Shown in pieces: positions 51,019 through 51,682 of a DNA stretch of 51,682 nt. The position numbers and the translations under genes were made by a program. The notes beneath the pieces are model-generated. The model ran no database searches and was not told the origin of the DNA. It saw nothing but the letters and a program-made list of their open reading frames with translations. Location: positions 1-51,682 of IMG/VR virus record IMGVR_UViG_3300020044_007591; one strand, written 5' to 3'. Position 1 is the stretch's first letter, and each line of letters opens with the position of its first letter. The DNA is from a virus. Taxonomy: Duplodnaviria; Caudoviricetes.

Positions 51019-51410
51019 CAGACAATATTCCTTCAGAACATTTTGAGCAGCGCGAATTAGTTAAATGGTTTCGCCAGACTTTTAAAGGCGTTCGCATATT
51101 TGCTATCCCAAATGGCGGGGCTAGAAACATTACTACAGCGGCCAGATTGAAAGTTGAAGGGGTTAGCGCAGGTGTGCCGGATCTTTACGTTCCAGCATGG
51201 AAGCTCTGGATTGAGATGAAAAGAACAGAAGGCGGCGTAGTTGATAAAAATCAAAAAGATTGGCATCAATATTTGACATCTATCGGAGATGTGGTAATTA
51301 TAGGTTATGGAGCAGACGGCGCAAAAAGTTTGATCCTAAAAATAGCCCAAACCAAACCAAACCAAGAGAATTACAATGAAAAAACTATCAGACCTCAAGA
51401 AGATCATTGA
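50994..51410 (+). CDS. VRR-NUC domain nuclease (start may be TTG 51015)
   Basis: E..EQ...V.WF, AIPNGG.R, GV..GVPDL, IEMK and Q..W. Confidence 0.85.
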   Translation: MVYGAAVLTDNIPSEHFEQRELVKWFRQTFKGVRIFAIPNGGARNITTAARLKVEGVSAGVPDLYVPAWKLWIEMKRTEGGVVDKNQKDWHQYLTSIGDVVIIGYGADGAKSLILKIAQTKPNQENYNEKTIRPQEDH

Positions 51411-51633
51411 TACGCTTGTTGAAACATATCCAGACATGGAGCTGGATGTTGTTTACCGTTACATTAGCGACAGTGAACGCATCGCAAAACTTGAAGGCGT
51501 AATTCAAGAGCTGATTGAATTTGTTGAAAAATATTCTGACGTTGTTGATGGCGATGATGGTCAGCCAGAGCCGAACCACGCGATGAGCCTAGTCACTATG
51601 GCGCAAAATGTGTTGGAGGGGAAACATGATTGA
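51376..51633 (+). CDS. Hypothetical protein
   Basis: 85 aa, preceded by an (AAACC)n-GAGA leader; DVVDGD.G.P.PN.AM motif. Confidence 0.7.
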   Translation: MKKLSDLKKIIDTLVETYPDMELDVVYRYISDSERIAKLEGVIQELIEFVEKYSDVVDGDDGQPEPNHAMSLVTMAQNVLEGKHD

Positions 51634-51682
51634 AATACCACGCAGATCATTTCTCAAAGTCTTGACTGGCATCATTGCCGCG
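51562..51682. repeat. Terminal direct repeat, copy 2
   Basis: Identical to 1-121. Confidence 0.95.

Noticed and set aside
1-51682. tRNA, integrase/att site, intron or intein
   Set aside because: No cloverleaf, recombinase motifs or interrupted core genes seen by eye; tRNAscan and HMM searches would be needed to exclude them fully.

Overview
The window is an apparently complete, circularly assembled tailed-phage genome. Bases 1-121 equal 51562-51682, giving about 51,561 bp unique. Podovirus-like morphology is inferred from four large internal/ejection proteins, a nozzle and adaptors, with no tape measure, tube or sheath recognised. A GcrA homologue points to an alphaproteobacterial host. Layout: (i) 3551-41590, minus strand, packaging and virion genes: ParB-methyltransferase, TerS, TerL, a ParB/ADP-ribosyltransferase polyvalent protein, portal, GroES-like co-chaperonin, scaffold, Mu-gpT-like capsid, adaptors, a large tail-fibre/receptor-binding block, lysis genes and ejection proteins. 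(ii) 41855-43678, plus strand, a repeat-punctuated early cassette array under two operator-containing promoters. (iii) A GTAC-iteron palindromic origin, then primase-helicase and Cro-like HTH on the minus strand. (iv) 46180-51682 continuing through 1-3528, plus strand: Sak4, SSB, Cas4-like exonuclease, SF2 helicase, VRR-NUC and host-takeover genes. I saw no integrase, DNA or RNA polymerase, reverse transcriptase, tRNA or CRISPR array. Best candidates for undescribed biology: a recurring [F/Y/M/K]-x-x-G-G motif shared by putative capsid-internal proteins at domain boundaries; three Cys-decorated six-bladed propellers with accessory genes and an apparent plug-and-socket adaptor chain; a doubly pseudoknotted RNA after the capsid gene; and paired cis-regulatory RNA hairpins in front of virion genes. 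All family assignments come from motif recognition by eye, not from database searches.
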